Shown: positions 1 to 7,929 of the stretch, one piece after another | How the letters are laid out: each line of letters opens with the position of its first letter | Position numbering within the stretch: position 1 is the stretch's first letter | Assembly: GCA_016188175.1 (NCBI GenBank) | Contig: JACPII010000099.1 | Location: forward strand, 1-40,368 | Source of the DNA: Candidatus Woesearchaeota archaeon | Lineage (GTDB): Archaea > Nanobdellota > Nanobdellia > Woesearchaeales > JACPBV01 | Direction: 5' to 3' | Length of the DNA: 40,368 bases | Notes under the pieces: generated by a model | Database searches by the model: none | Told to the model about the DNA's origin: nothing | Seen by the model: only the letters and a program-made list of their open reading frames with translations | Translations under genes and position numbers: made by a program

Positions 1-1
1 T

Positions 2-940
2 ATGGGTTGGACGGAATCGATGGAACCAGCGGGTAAGGAATTAGTGAACATAGATCTTCCAAAAGATGTTTGGGAGGATTTTTCCCGGTACTGCGGGCAG
101 CATGGGATGGAGCCAGTACATGGCCTTACCCAGCTTTTGCAAGAAGTCCTTGAGCAGCCTTTTTCTTCAGTCGATAATGGCGAAGCCCATTCGGGCGTCA
201 GCAATGATATAATCCAACAGGATGATATTGTTCGCTCTCAAGGGGGTGGGACGGATATTTTCGGGGCAAGCGAAGATGGCGGACAACCTTGGGAACGCGA
301 AAAAGATAAAGTTCCTTTTTCCACCAAGGGTAATAATCTTAATGCTCTAAACAGTAATGGGGATGGGGTCCAGGATTCCCTGGCTCAAAGCTTCTCTCGC
401 GAGGAATCTCCCGCTTTAAGCTTGAATGATCCTGGTCCAAATTCTTTTGGCCCCGGTAATGAAGTTATTTTCCCTGGGAAAGAGGGTGAAATCAATTCCG
501 CGGGGGATATGTCGACCCAATCGTCTCTTGTTGAAAAAGAACATCAACCATCGGCAGAGGAAATCCTCCAGGAGATAGTGGAAGAGGATATCGAGGATGG
601 CTCCAGTGGCGGTGAATTTGGCAAACCCATCCTTGAGGAGAGCTCTGACCATTCCCTGTCCGATGCTGCTGGAATCAGCCCTGAAGGAAGTTTAGATCCA
701 ATCTCTCCCTATAAAGAAAAGCAATCTGAGGGGGAATCACCTGTTCTCGTGCCTTATTTTGATGAAAGGGAGAAACAGGCAGAATCAGGAATCGAGGAAA
801 TCCCCGAACATATCCGGCAGAAGGTTGCGGTGGTAGCTCCATTGACTCAAGGGAATCTTCAGAGCTCCAATCCAAAGATGATTGACCCTTTCGGGAAAGT
901 ACCTACGATCGAGCAATTGATGCTGAAAAAGAGAAGGTAG
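2..940 (+). CDS. hypothetical acidic low-complexity protein (N-terminus at or beyond window edge)
   Basis: 312-aa ORF in the track with ATG at 2-4. Glu/Ser/Gly/Pro-rich with no recognisable catalytic motif. It is the only long ORF in this stretch. Confidence 0.45.
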   Translation: MGWTESMEPAGKELVNIDLPKDVWEDFSRYCGQHGMEPVHGLTQLLQEVLEQPFSSVDNGEAHSGVSNDIIQQDDIVRSQGGGTDIFGASEDGGQPWEREKDKVPFSTKGNNLNALNSNGDGVQDSLAQSFSREESPALSLNDPGPNSFGPGNEVIFPGKEGEINSAGDMSTQSSLVEKEHQPSAEEILQEIVEEDIEDGSSGGEFGKPILEESSDHSLSDAAGISPEGSLDPISPYKEKQSEGESPVLVPYFDEREKQAESGIEEIPEHIRQKVAVVAPLTQGNLQSSNPKMIDPFGKVPTIEQLMLKKRR

Positions 941-978
941 ATGTTTCTTGCGGGAATTTTCCCGTTGTATGGAATCAT

Positions 979-1014
979 GCGCCGGGGAGGATTCCCCCAT
1001 AAGGGTTGCACTCT
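979..1014 (-). pseudogene. degenerate duplicate of the 3' half of the neighbouring tRNA gene (att-like remnant)
   Basis: gcgccggggaggattc (979-994) is identical to 1206-1221 of the tRNA gene. Similarity continues (ccccc, tgcac), but the T-loop TTCGAAT is broken and no 5' acceptor partner exists. Confidence 0.55.
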
Positions 1015-1051
1015 TATCAGCCTGCGGTGAGTGAGGTAGTATCTCCTTTTG

Positions 1052-1198
1052 GTCGATACGTATTTGATTAGCATCTTCGAAACGCCCGATGTAAGATTGG
1101 CAAGTCCTGCGTCCCCGTAAGGGACGACCCCCCGCGACGGACTCAATGTAGGCTTAAAAGCGTTTCGACCTGAGGATGCTAAACAAATACGTCGATAC
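1052..1198. mobile_element. MITE-like element, family A copy 1 (core 1060-1190, 131 bp, plus 8-bp target-site duplications)
   Basis: Terminal inverted repeats are GTATTTGATTAGCATC (1060-1075) and GATGCTAAACAAATAC (1175-1190), 15/16 complementary. They are flanked by a perfect 8-bp direct repeat GTCGATAC (1052-1059 and 1191-1198). No ORF. The element lies 6 nt past the tRNA 3' end. Confidence 0.8.
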
Positions 1199-1204
1199 TA
1201 CAAA

Positions 1205-1371
1205 CGCGCCGGGGAGGATTCGAACCCCCGACCTGCAACTAACCCTGCTTCGGTTAACTCTCAATATACCATAGTGGTACTAGCGAAAAGTTCCTCATCA
1301 GCATAGGAGGCTGCCGCTCTTTTTGGCCCGGAAAGCAAGCTTCCCGGGCATCCAAGCTGAGCTACCGGCGC
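1205..1371 (-). tRNA. intron-containing tRNA, probably tRNA-Arg(CCU); 167-nt gene with a 63-nt anticodon-loop intron and a hairpin insertion in the D-loop
   Basis: The minus strand reads GCGCCGG-TA-GCTC..GAGC-G-GCAGC-CTCCTA[63 nt]A-GTTGC-AGGTC-GGGGG-TTCGAAT-CCTCC-CCGGCGC-G. This gives a 7-bp acceptor, D stem GCTC/GAGC, anticodon stem GCAGC/GTTGC and a canonical T arm. The D loop is interrupted by the hairpin GCCCGGGAAGC-TT-GCTTTCCGGGC. CCA is not encoded. Confidence 0.7.
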
Positions 1372-1499
1372 ATTTGGCTCGAAATCCAAAATCATTTTAA
1401 ATACCTTTCTAATTGCGGTTAGGTTAGCATTGCTATAATGCCCAATTTTTTATAGAGCCACCATTGCCGGCCATACATCCATTAACCGGTAATTTTTTT

Positions 1500-2495
1500 A
1501 TGTACAAACTCAAACAAATCCCGGAAGATTTTATCGTCCGTGAGGTTCCCTTGTTTTCTGAGAAGGACCTTTCCGGCGGTGATTTTGCCTATTTTCTGCT
1601 TTCAAAGAGGAACATAACGACCAGGGATGCGATAGAGGAGCTTGCGAAATGCAACCATATCCCTGTCTCTTCGATAAACGTTTCCGGGTACAAAGACAAG
1701 GCTGCTGTGGCTTACCAGTATTTCTCTGTCCATGGCTGGAAAGATACATCCTTGAGGGCTTTATCCGGCGTTTCCGTCCAATATGCCGGTCATGGAAATA
1801 CGCCTTTATTCCTTGGGGGCTTGAGGGGAAATGAGTTTACGATAACGGTGCGGTGCATCACTGAAAAAAAATATTCCCAATTAAAGGGGCGCCTCAACAG
1901 GGCTGTTTTAATGCCCAACTATTTCGGGGAGCAGCGCTTTTCGGAAAGAAACCATCTCATCGGGAAATCAATTGTAAAAAAAGAATTCCCCAAGGCAGTT
2001 TCCCTGATCATCCAGGGGCAGGGCCCTGTCGAGGAAAAAGTCAGGGAGTTCATCTCAAGGAATCCATCCAATCCCATCGGGGCTCTTCAGTCTGTGCCGT
2101 TGAAATTGCTGCAATTCTTCATCCATGCCTACCAGTCGTCCCTTTTTAATGAGCTGCTCAGGAAATATATCGCCCGGGGCGGGAATCCCTCGGAAAAGCT
2201 CATGCTACCTCTCATCGGCTTTGGAACGGACATCGAAAGTTTGCAGGGCGCCGTAAAAGACCCTGTCCGGAAGCTCCTTGCAAAAGAACGGCTGTCTCCG
2301 AATGATTTTATAACGCGGTCATTTCCCCATCTCAGCTCAGAGGGGACGGAGCGTGAAGCGTTCTTACGGGTGAAAGGGATACGCCTGGGCGGCATTCTAG
2401 AAGATGAGCTGAACAAGGGAAAGAAAAAAGCGGCCTTATCGTTCTTCCTGCCAAAGAATACTTATGCGACGGAGCTGGTTAAATTTCTATTTTGA
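1500..2495 (+). CDS. truD: tRNA pseudouridine synthase TruD/Pus7 family
   Basis: N-terminus MYKLKQIPEDFIVREVP and the NYFGEQRF motif are typical of TruD. The track ORF opens at TTG 1464, but ATG 1500 gives the conserved N-terminus. A TATA-like TTTTTATAG lies around 1447-1455. Confidence 0.85.
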   Translation: MYKLKQIPEDFIVREVPLFSEKDLSGGDFAYFLLSKRNITTRDAIEELAKCNHIPVSSINVSGYKDKAAVAYQYFSVHGWKDTSLRALSGVSVQYAGHGNTPLFLGGLRGNEFTITVRCITEKKYSQLKGRLNRAVLMPNYFGEQRFSERNHLIGKSIVKKEFPKAVSLIIQGQGPVEEKVREFISRNPSNPIGALQSVPLKLLQFFIHAYQSSLFNELLRKYIARGGNPSEKLMLPLIGFGTDIESLQGAVKDPVRKLLAKERLSPNDFITRSFPHLSSEGTEREAFLRVKGIRLGGILEDELNKGKKKAALSFFLPKNTYATELVKFLF

Positions 2496-2639
2496 GGTAT
2501 GTGCATAGCACCCTAAGGTCAAAATTCAATTTAATGACTATTATCGACGAGCGTTGCGAGGGGAAGTCCCTTACGGGGACGCAGCTCCTTCCTGAAGCCC
2601 ATCGAGAATTTTGAAGGTGCTATGCACATACATTTTGAG
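2489..2639. mobile_element. MITE-like element, family A copy 3, inverted relative to copies 1 and 2 (core 2497-2631, 135 bp, plus TSDs)
   Basis: TIRs are GTATGTGCATAGCACC (2497-2512) and GGTGCTATGCACATAC (2616-2631), 16/16 complementary. A perfect 8-bp direct repeat ATTTTGAG lies at 2489-2496 and 2632-2639. The left TSD contains the truD stop codon. Confidence 0.85.
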
Positions 2640-2650
2640 ATGGGATATCA

Positions 2651-3280
2651 TCATGCTTCCAACGCATCGATGCAATCCTGCACAATCTTCGTTATCTCCT
2701 GCTCACCGTCAACTGCCGTCAAAAGGTCCTTTTCTTTGTAGTAGGAAATGAGCGGCTCTGTCTGCTCCCTGTAGGCAACAAGGCGTTTTTTTATCGTCTC
2801 GGGGTTGTCATCATCCCTTTGGAAGAGCTTTCCACCGCACTTGTCGCAGATCCCCTCTTTTTTGGGAGGCATATTCTTGATATGGAATATCGCATTGCAT
2901 TGGGAGCAGGTCCTTCTTCCTGTCAGTCTCGTGATGATGACCGCTTCCGAGCTCTGAAGGTTGATTACCCGGTCAATATGGGAGAACTCCTCAAGCTCAT
3001 CTGCCTGCCTCATCGTCCTTGGAAACCCATCAAGGATGTACCCTTTTGCGCAATCAGGCTTCGCAATCCTCTTTTTCAGCAGGGGAATCACCAGATCATC
3101 AGGGGCGAGCATCCCATCGTCAAGGAACGGCTTTGCCTTCCTGCCGATGTCGTCCATCTTCTTGATGGAGAGCCGTAACAAGTCTCCCGTCGATATCTGC
3201 GGGATCCCATACCTCTTGATGAGGGAATGAGAAATCGTGCCTTTGCCGGCCCCAGGCGGGCCAAAAATAATAATTCTCAT
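2651..3280 (-). CDS. adk: adenylate kinase (long form with Zn-binding lid)
   Basis: P-loop GPPGAGKGT, ISTGDLLR, GFPRT and lid cysteines CSQC..CDKC. TATA-like TTTAAAAATA lies on the minus strand about 45 nt upstream. Confidence 0.93.
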   Translation of the reverse strand: MRIIIFGPPGAGKGTISHSLIKRYGIPQISTGDLLRLSIKKMDDIGRKAKPFLDDGMLAPDDLVIPLLKKRIAKPDCAKGYILDGFPRTMRQADELEEFSHIDRVINLQSSEAVIITRLTGRRTCSQCNAIFHIKNMPPKKEGICDKCGGKLFQRDDDNPETIKKRLVAYREQTEPLISYYKEKDLLTAVDGEQEITKIVQDCIDALEA

Positions 3281-3557
3281 CGTTGTAATGAAAGTTCCTC
3301 CAATTGGCTTTCTTTGGGTTCCTCAAGTATTTTTAAAGCTTGTTGTTTGGGGAAAGATGGCCGTTGGCGAATCCAAGACTATGATAAAAAGCAAATGGAT
3401 CTTTTTTGGCATCTATTAACCCTAAGGTTTTGGGGCGTTGCAATCATCAGGGGGGCTTTGAAACAGCACACCTTGAACACAATAATTCACAGAAATGTTG
3501 AATTGACAAATATTTCTCCGGTTCCTAACTGGGTAAATTTTTGCGAAACAATGCTCC

Positions 3558-4529
3558 CTAATTCAATCCAGGCCTCTCCTCAACAGGCCCCTGCCACCTC
3601 TCAAGTCCACTCTTCCAGCTGAGATTATGGACTGGTTTTAAGATTTCAAGCGCCTTTTCCAGCGATGCACTGTCTATCGGCTTGTCGAATGCCGCAATAT
3701 TCCTTTCCACTTCCCCAATATCGTTTGTTCCCATAAGGATAGTGTGAATCCCATCAATAGAGAATGCGTACTGCATTGCCAGTTCAGCAAGGTCTTTCCC
3801 TTCAATCCCAAAATGTCCCCTTAAAGCCGCACACCTAGCCTTAATCTCTTCCGTGGCAGGATGCCATGGCCGGGGTCCGTGCGGGGTTAATAGTCCAAGG
3901 CCAGTTGGTGAGCCGCCAATTATTCCGACGCGTTGTTGATTTAGATAGGGCAATAATCCCCTGACGCTATCGTTTTGAAGAGTGTGCTGTGCATAAGTTA
4001 AGACTACACTGATTTGTTCTGTTTGGCCTAAAATAAAAGGAAAAATCTTTAAGGGAAATCCGGATATTCCGATATGGCCTATAGCTCCTGCTTTTTTTAG
4101 CTCAACAAGAGCGGGGATAGTCTCATCTAAAATCCGCTGAGGTTCGGGCTCGAACTCATAATCATGTATAAAGACAATATCCAAATAGTCAACTTTGAGC
4201 CGGCTCATGCTTTCATAAACACTCCCCCTTACCCTTTCCCCACTGAAGTCAAACCATTCATCGCCAAAACGGCCAGTCTTTGTTGAAAGAGTGAAATCTT
4301 TACGAGGGATTCCCTGAAGAGCATTTCCCAGTTCCACCTCGGCGCGTGTGGGGGGAACCCCATAATAAGGTGAAGTGTCAAAAAGGGTAACTCCTAATTC
4401 AAATGCCTTTTTTACAGCTGCACGGTTTTGCTCCCTTGAGTGGGGGCCGTATTGCCCGCCCAAAGAAACTCCACCAAAACCAATTCGTGAAACTGTCAAT
4501 CCAGTCTTGCCAAGCGTTACATATTTCAT
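3558..4529 (-). CDS. aldo/keto reductase family oxidoreductase
   Basis: MKYVTLGKTGLTVSRIGFG.. and LFDTSPYYG motifs typical of the AKR fold. Start moved to ATG 4529 (MKYVTLGK) from the track start at 4550. Confidence 0.85.
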   Translation of the reverse strand: MKYVTLGKTGLTVSRIGFGGVSLGGQYGPHSREQNRAAVKKAFELGVTLFDTSPYYGVPPTRAEVELGNALQGIPRKDFTLSTKTGRFGDEWFDFSGERVRGSVYESMSRLKVDYLDIVFIHDYEFEPEPQRILDETIPALVELKKAGAIGHIGISGFPLKIFPFILGQTEQISVVLTYAQHTLQNDSVRGLLPYLNQQRVGIIGGSPTGLGLLTPHGPRPWHPATEEIKARCAALRGHFGIEGKDLAELAMQYAFSIDGIHTILMGTNDIGEVERNIAAFDKPIDSASLEKALEILKPVHNLSWKSGLERWQGPVEERPGLN

Positions 4530-4697
4530 TTTACCTATCCAGAACAACACCGGATTGATGCTCAGTTTATAAGAATTATTGTATCCTAATGGATATATGC
4601 GACCATTAAGAGAAATCCTTGCCCTGAATGCCCCCGAGAAAAGCCGACAGGGTAATCCACTAACCGATGAGAAGGCTGTTAATAATGTGAAATCACT

Positions 4698-5234
4698 TTA
4701 GTTCGGGACCGTCGCCAATGCCTCGATCAAGATAGTCGCCCCGCAGGGAAGCTTCTTCCTGGACTTGTGGAGGGCTTTTTTCGCCTCCTCAAGCCACCTG
4801 GCCTCAATCCCGACGGTAAACAGCGGCTCCCCTTTCTGGACCTGGGCGGCCTGGCCGATCGGCTTGCCGAATGAGTGGGACATCCCTGTCGAGAAACGGT
4901 CAGCTCCTGCTCCTGCAGCAAGAGGGTTTTCCCTGAGGATGTGGAATGGATACTTCCGGACCTGGAGGAAGAAATTGGACAGCCCAACGTTGACTTCAAG
5001 GTGCCTTGTTGCGGTCTGCCTCGCGCTCTCGATGGCAGAATCACGGATCTGGAGGCTGGTCTTGGAAACGAGGTGCAGAATGAACGGGAACGTCTTTGCA
5101 GGGTTGCCGGCAACGAATCGTGCAATCTTCTTGTGAGTTGCTGTCTTGATGAATGCCTTCTTCTTATATTTCGAAATCCTCGTGTAGGGCCTTTCCAACT
5201 TTCGATAGGCTATGGATTTTCTCGCTCGCGCCAT
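4698..5234 (-). CDS. rpl10e: 50S ribosomal protein L10e (uL16, archaeal/eukaryotic type)
   Basis: AGAGADRFSTGMSHSFGKPIG matches the L10e signature AGADR..GM..(A/S)FGKP. TATA-like TTTAAAAA lies 25-30 nt upstream on the minus strand. Confidence 0.9.
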   Translation of the reverse strand: MARARKSIAYRKLERPYTRISKYKKKAFIKTATHKKIARFVAGNPAKTFPFILHLVSKTSLQIRDSAIESARQTATRHLEVNVGLSNFFLQVRKYPFHILRENPLAAGAGADRFSTGMSHSFGKPIGQAAQVQKGEPLFTVGIEARWLEEAKKALHKSRKKLPCGATILIEALATVPN

Positions 5235-5270
5235 AAGGCAAATGAACTGGGGTCTGTTTTTAAATGTTTC

Positions 5271-5452
5271 TTTTGCCGGGTTGCATTGGAAAGTTGAAGG
5301 TTGCCATCCTTTTTGCGAAGCTCAATGACAATGATTTTGAGTTGACAGGTGGATGACCCCATCGGGGATGTCAGCTTTTTTGTAACAAATTAAAGCTGAG
5401 CTTGATGGCAACCCGAGCGTTAGCGAGGACTTTTCGATGCAACCTTTTGCTG
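5271..5452. mobile_element. MITE-like element, family B (core 5279-5444, 166 bp, plus imperfect TSDs)
   Basis: TIRs are GGTTGCATTGGAAAGT (5279-5294) and ACTTTTCGATGCAACC (5429-5444), 14/16 as DNA and 16/16 allowing G-U pairs. A second perfect 10-bp inverted repeat is GGTTGCCATC/GATGGCAACC. Flanking 8-mers are TTTTGCCG and TTTTGCTG (7/8). Confidence 0.6.
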
Positions 5453-5511
5453 AAAATTACGCGGGTGTTTGCCGATGAAGCAAGGGGAGCATGGACGGTG
5501 TTCACAAAAAG

Positions 5512-5709
5512 CTAGTGCCCGCCCTTGTATTTAACCCCTTCTCCAACGACATATCCTCCGATTGCGCCAATGGCAGCTCCTCCGATACCCCCGGTCAGGG
5601 CGCCGCCAAGGACAGCTCCAATCCCCACGGCAATAGGCGTAAGATAATCGGCATTTCCCCCATGGCTCCCGTGGCCATGGCTTTCCTCGACCTTGGTGTC
5701 AATGCTCAT
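5512..5709 (-). CDS. small glycine-zipper membrane protein
   Basis: 65-aa ORF with a GxxxG-rich hydrophobic segment (AVGIGAVLGGALTGGIGGAAIGAIGGYVVG). Preferred over the overlapping plus-strand ORF 5491-5739, which has no such feature. Confidence 0.4.
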   Translation of the reverse strand: MSIDTKVEESHGHGSHGGNADYLTPIAVGIGAVLGGALTGGIGGAAIGAIGGYVVGEGVKYKGGH

Positions 5710-5866
5710 GATAGATGTGGGGAAGAACCGGGGGTTTAAAAAACTTTTCCATGCGCTCCTGCCATCAAATCCGTAAAAAACCTATTTTACCGTCGGAAAA
5801 ATTATGGTTAGCTTTTTGAATGGGGCATGGGTTATCTCTATCATCAACATCCGGGAGGTGGTTGTT

Positions 5867-7075
5867 ATGCAACATGTGGTTCCTGTCCGTTATCTCAGAA
5901 TGGGGGATGGCGCAGTTGGCTTTCGATTAAAGGTTTATTCTGCTGAATTTCCCGCAATCCGGGAAGTTGGATATGTCGAAAAAGAGGCTGGCCCATTAAG
6001 GGACGTGACGGAACACTTTGGCGGGAAGCTGTATGCGTCCGACCCTATGGCTTACAAAAAGATGAAAGAGGCAGGGAACAACCCCCTAGGCACTCTTGAA
6101 GATGCATTAAAACTTCCTTTTGATTTCATTATTGATTGTACGGACTCCCAAATATATTACAAAGAGATATTGCCAAAATTGGGAGTTACGGTGCCGATCA
6201 TCGGGCAGGGCTCTCTTGATGCTGAGAAGGGAGATGCCTTTAAAATTTCCCTCTCGAGCCTCGTAAACCTTTCGATGGTTGAGGATACGGACCTCATGGG
6301 AAAACCAGGCGGCATCCGAAAAGTTTCCTGCAATACTACTGCTGCAACGAGGGCAATCCAGGCTCTAAGGGAGGCCTATGGGCTCACCTATGGCCCCTTT
6401 ATCCACCACTATGAGATAAATTTGCTTCGAAGGACGGCAGAACAAGGGCAGAAAGGGCAGGTTGATGATGTGACATTCATCGCCGACAGCCACGCCCAGC
6501 ACCACTTTCGTGACATTGATATGGTGTTCGAAAACACAAACCACACCGGAGCAAGCCCGAAGAACCAGCCGACCTTGGGAAAATCTTATGCAATGCAAGG
6601 ATGCCACACCCGAGGGCACATCCAGGATATTCGGGTTTACCTTTCCGGCATGCCCCTTGGTGAAAATAAGCCAGAATCCAAGGCTGAAAGCAAGGAAGCC
6701 AGGGTTGCAAGGCAGGAAGCCGAGATCGCAAGGATATTTGGAGAAAGCCCGAGGATAGCCGTCATGGATGGGATCGACGGCCTTGCAAGGGCAATCAATT
6801 ATTTTTCAAACCTGGGGAGATTTAAAGGGGATTTCCCTGAGAATGTCATTGTCAGGGGAACTATCGAATACGACCCAGGAACAAACTCAGTCCGTTTTAC
6901 ACAAATCGTGGACAATGTCAGCATCGTCGTCCCTGAAAACATTGACATTATGCTGAAACTTGGGACGGGAAAACCAGCCGGGGAAGTTATTAAGATGGTT
7001 GACCAGACCCTCTCCCTCCAAGTTCTTCCCGGATTCTTCAAGCCGGGGGCAGTGTATCGCAACGATTACCGTTAA
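5867..7075 (+). CDS. divergent archaeal type-II glyceraldehyde-3-phosphate dehydrogenase-like protein
   Basis: GDGAVG fits the GxGxxG dinucleotide fold near the N-terminus. VSCNTTA matches the archaeal GAPDH active-site SCNTT. About 402 aa, longer than typical. Start set at ATG 5867, preceded by GGAGGTGG. Confidence 0.5.
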   Translation: MQHVVPVRYLRMGDGAVGFRLKVYSAEFPAIREVGYVEKEAGPLRDVTEHFGGKLYASDPMAYKKMKEAGNNPLGTLEDALKLPFDFIIDCTDSQIYYKEILPKLGVTVPIIGQGSLDAEKGDAFKISLSSLVNLSMVEDTDLMGKPGGIRKVSCNTTAATRAIQALREAYGLTYGPFIHHYEINLLRRTAEQGQKGQVDDVTFIADSHAQHHFRDIDMVFENTNHTGASPKNQPTLGKSYAMQGCHTRGHIQDIRVYLSGMPLGENKPESKAESKEARVARQEAEIARIFGESPRIAVMDGIDGLARAINYFSNLGRFKGDFPENVIVRGTIEYDPGTNSVRFTQIVDNVSIVVPENIDIMLKLGTGKPAGEVIKMVDQTLSLQVLPGFFKPGAVYRNDYR

Positions 7076-7125
7076 GATACGAACAGGTTTGGGACTGAGA
7101 ACTGGTTTGGATGGTAAACACATCT

Positions 7126-7929
7126 CTACGCCAGCTCAACAACAATCTTTGCAGCGGCTTTTGCAGTGATTCCGGACGGGTCTTTTGCCGGATTAACTTC
7201 CACAATATCCCCTGCCTTAAAGTTTTTGAGTTTTTTCAGCCTTTGGAGGAAAAAAAGGAGTTCTCTCGTCGCCAATCCTCCGGGCTCCTGATAGCCGGTT
7301 CCCGGCGCGAATGCAGGGTCCAGGGCGTCAATATCGACCGAGATATACAGCGAGCCAAAGCCTTTTGCTTTTGCCATGAGCGCTTCTGATATCTCCTGGA
7401 TCCCCTCGTTAAAAATCTCGGTCATCGAAAACCACGAGATGTGGTGCTGCCTGAGGAAACGGAGCTCATCACGGAATGAGTTCCTGATGCCGACCAGGAT
7501 GATGTTGCCCGGAGAGATGATTTTTTCTTTCACCAACGCCAGGAGAAGATCCTCATGGGTTGGCGGGCTGAAATCGCTGCAGCAGTCAGGATGGGCGTCA
7601 AAAATGATGATTCCCGGGTTCAGGGGATTGACCGAAGCAAAGGCCTTTACCAGCGAATAAGTGACGGAGTGGTCTCCGCCAAGAAAAAGAGGAACCCCTT
7701 GCTCCGGCTTTTTTTCAAAATGCTCCCTGGCGTGCGAAAAAATGTTTTCATTCGTCTTTAAAAAATCCTGAGGCTCAACGGGGATCGAATGGATCAAGAA
7801 TGAGGGCTCCCTGCCGTCTTCGGTGAGGAAAAAATCCTCGAGATTGGCTGCAATCGCATCAGGGCCCAATTCAGTTCCTTTGGTCTTTCCAAGCCCTCCG
7901 CTGCTGAACGGAATCTTAATAATGTTCAT
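7126..7929 (-). CDS. arginase/agmatinase/formiminoglutamase-family ureohydrolase
   Basis: Mn-binding motifs GGDHSVTY, FDAHPD and SVDIDALDPAFAPGTG. Confidence 0.8.
   Translation of the reverse strand: MNIIKIPFSSGGLGKTKGTELGPDAIAANLEDFFLTEDGREPSFLIHSIPVEPQDFLKTNENIFSHAREHFEKKPEQGVPLFLGGDHSVTYSLVKAFASVNPLNPGIIIFDAHPDCCSDFSPPTHEDLLLALVKEKIISPGNIILVGIRNSFRDELRFLRQHHISWFSMTEIFNEGIQEISEALMAKAKGFGSLYISVDIDALDPAFAPGTGYQEPGGLATRELLFFLQRLKKLKNFKAGDIVEVNPAKDPSGITAKAAAKIVVELA

Noticed and set aside
1060-1190. Family-A elements as rRNA/tRNA processing stems or a stand-alone ncRNA gene family rather than mobile DNA
   Set aside because: All three copies are bounded by 8-bp direct duplications of unrelated flanking sequence, and one splits a compact convergent gene junction. 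That is best explained by transposition. A functional RNA fold on top of this is not excluded.
1294-1301. CUGAUGAG (minus strand) inside the tRNA intron as a hammerhead core or box C of a C/D sRNA
   Set aside because: There is no adjacent stem II followed by a CGAAA element in hammerhead order. A D box CUGA is absent, with only CCGA near the intron 3' end. An 8-mer match alone is not sufficient.
4727-5297. ORFs 4727-5125 (-), 4765-5136 (+) and 4875-5297 (+)
   Set aside because: They overlap the L10e gene in alternative frames or on the other strand. They have Arg/Ser/Pro-rich composition and no motifs.
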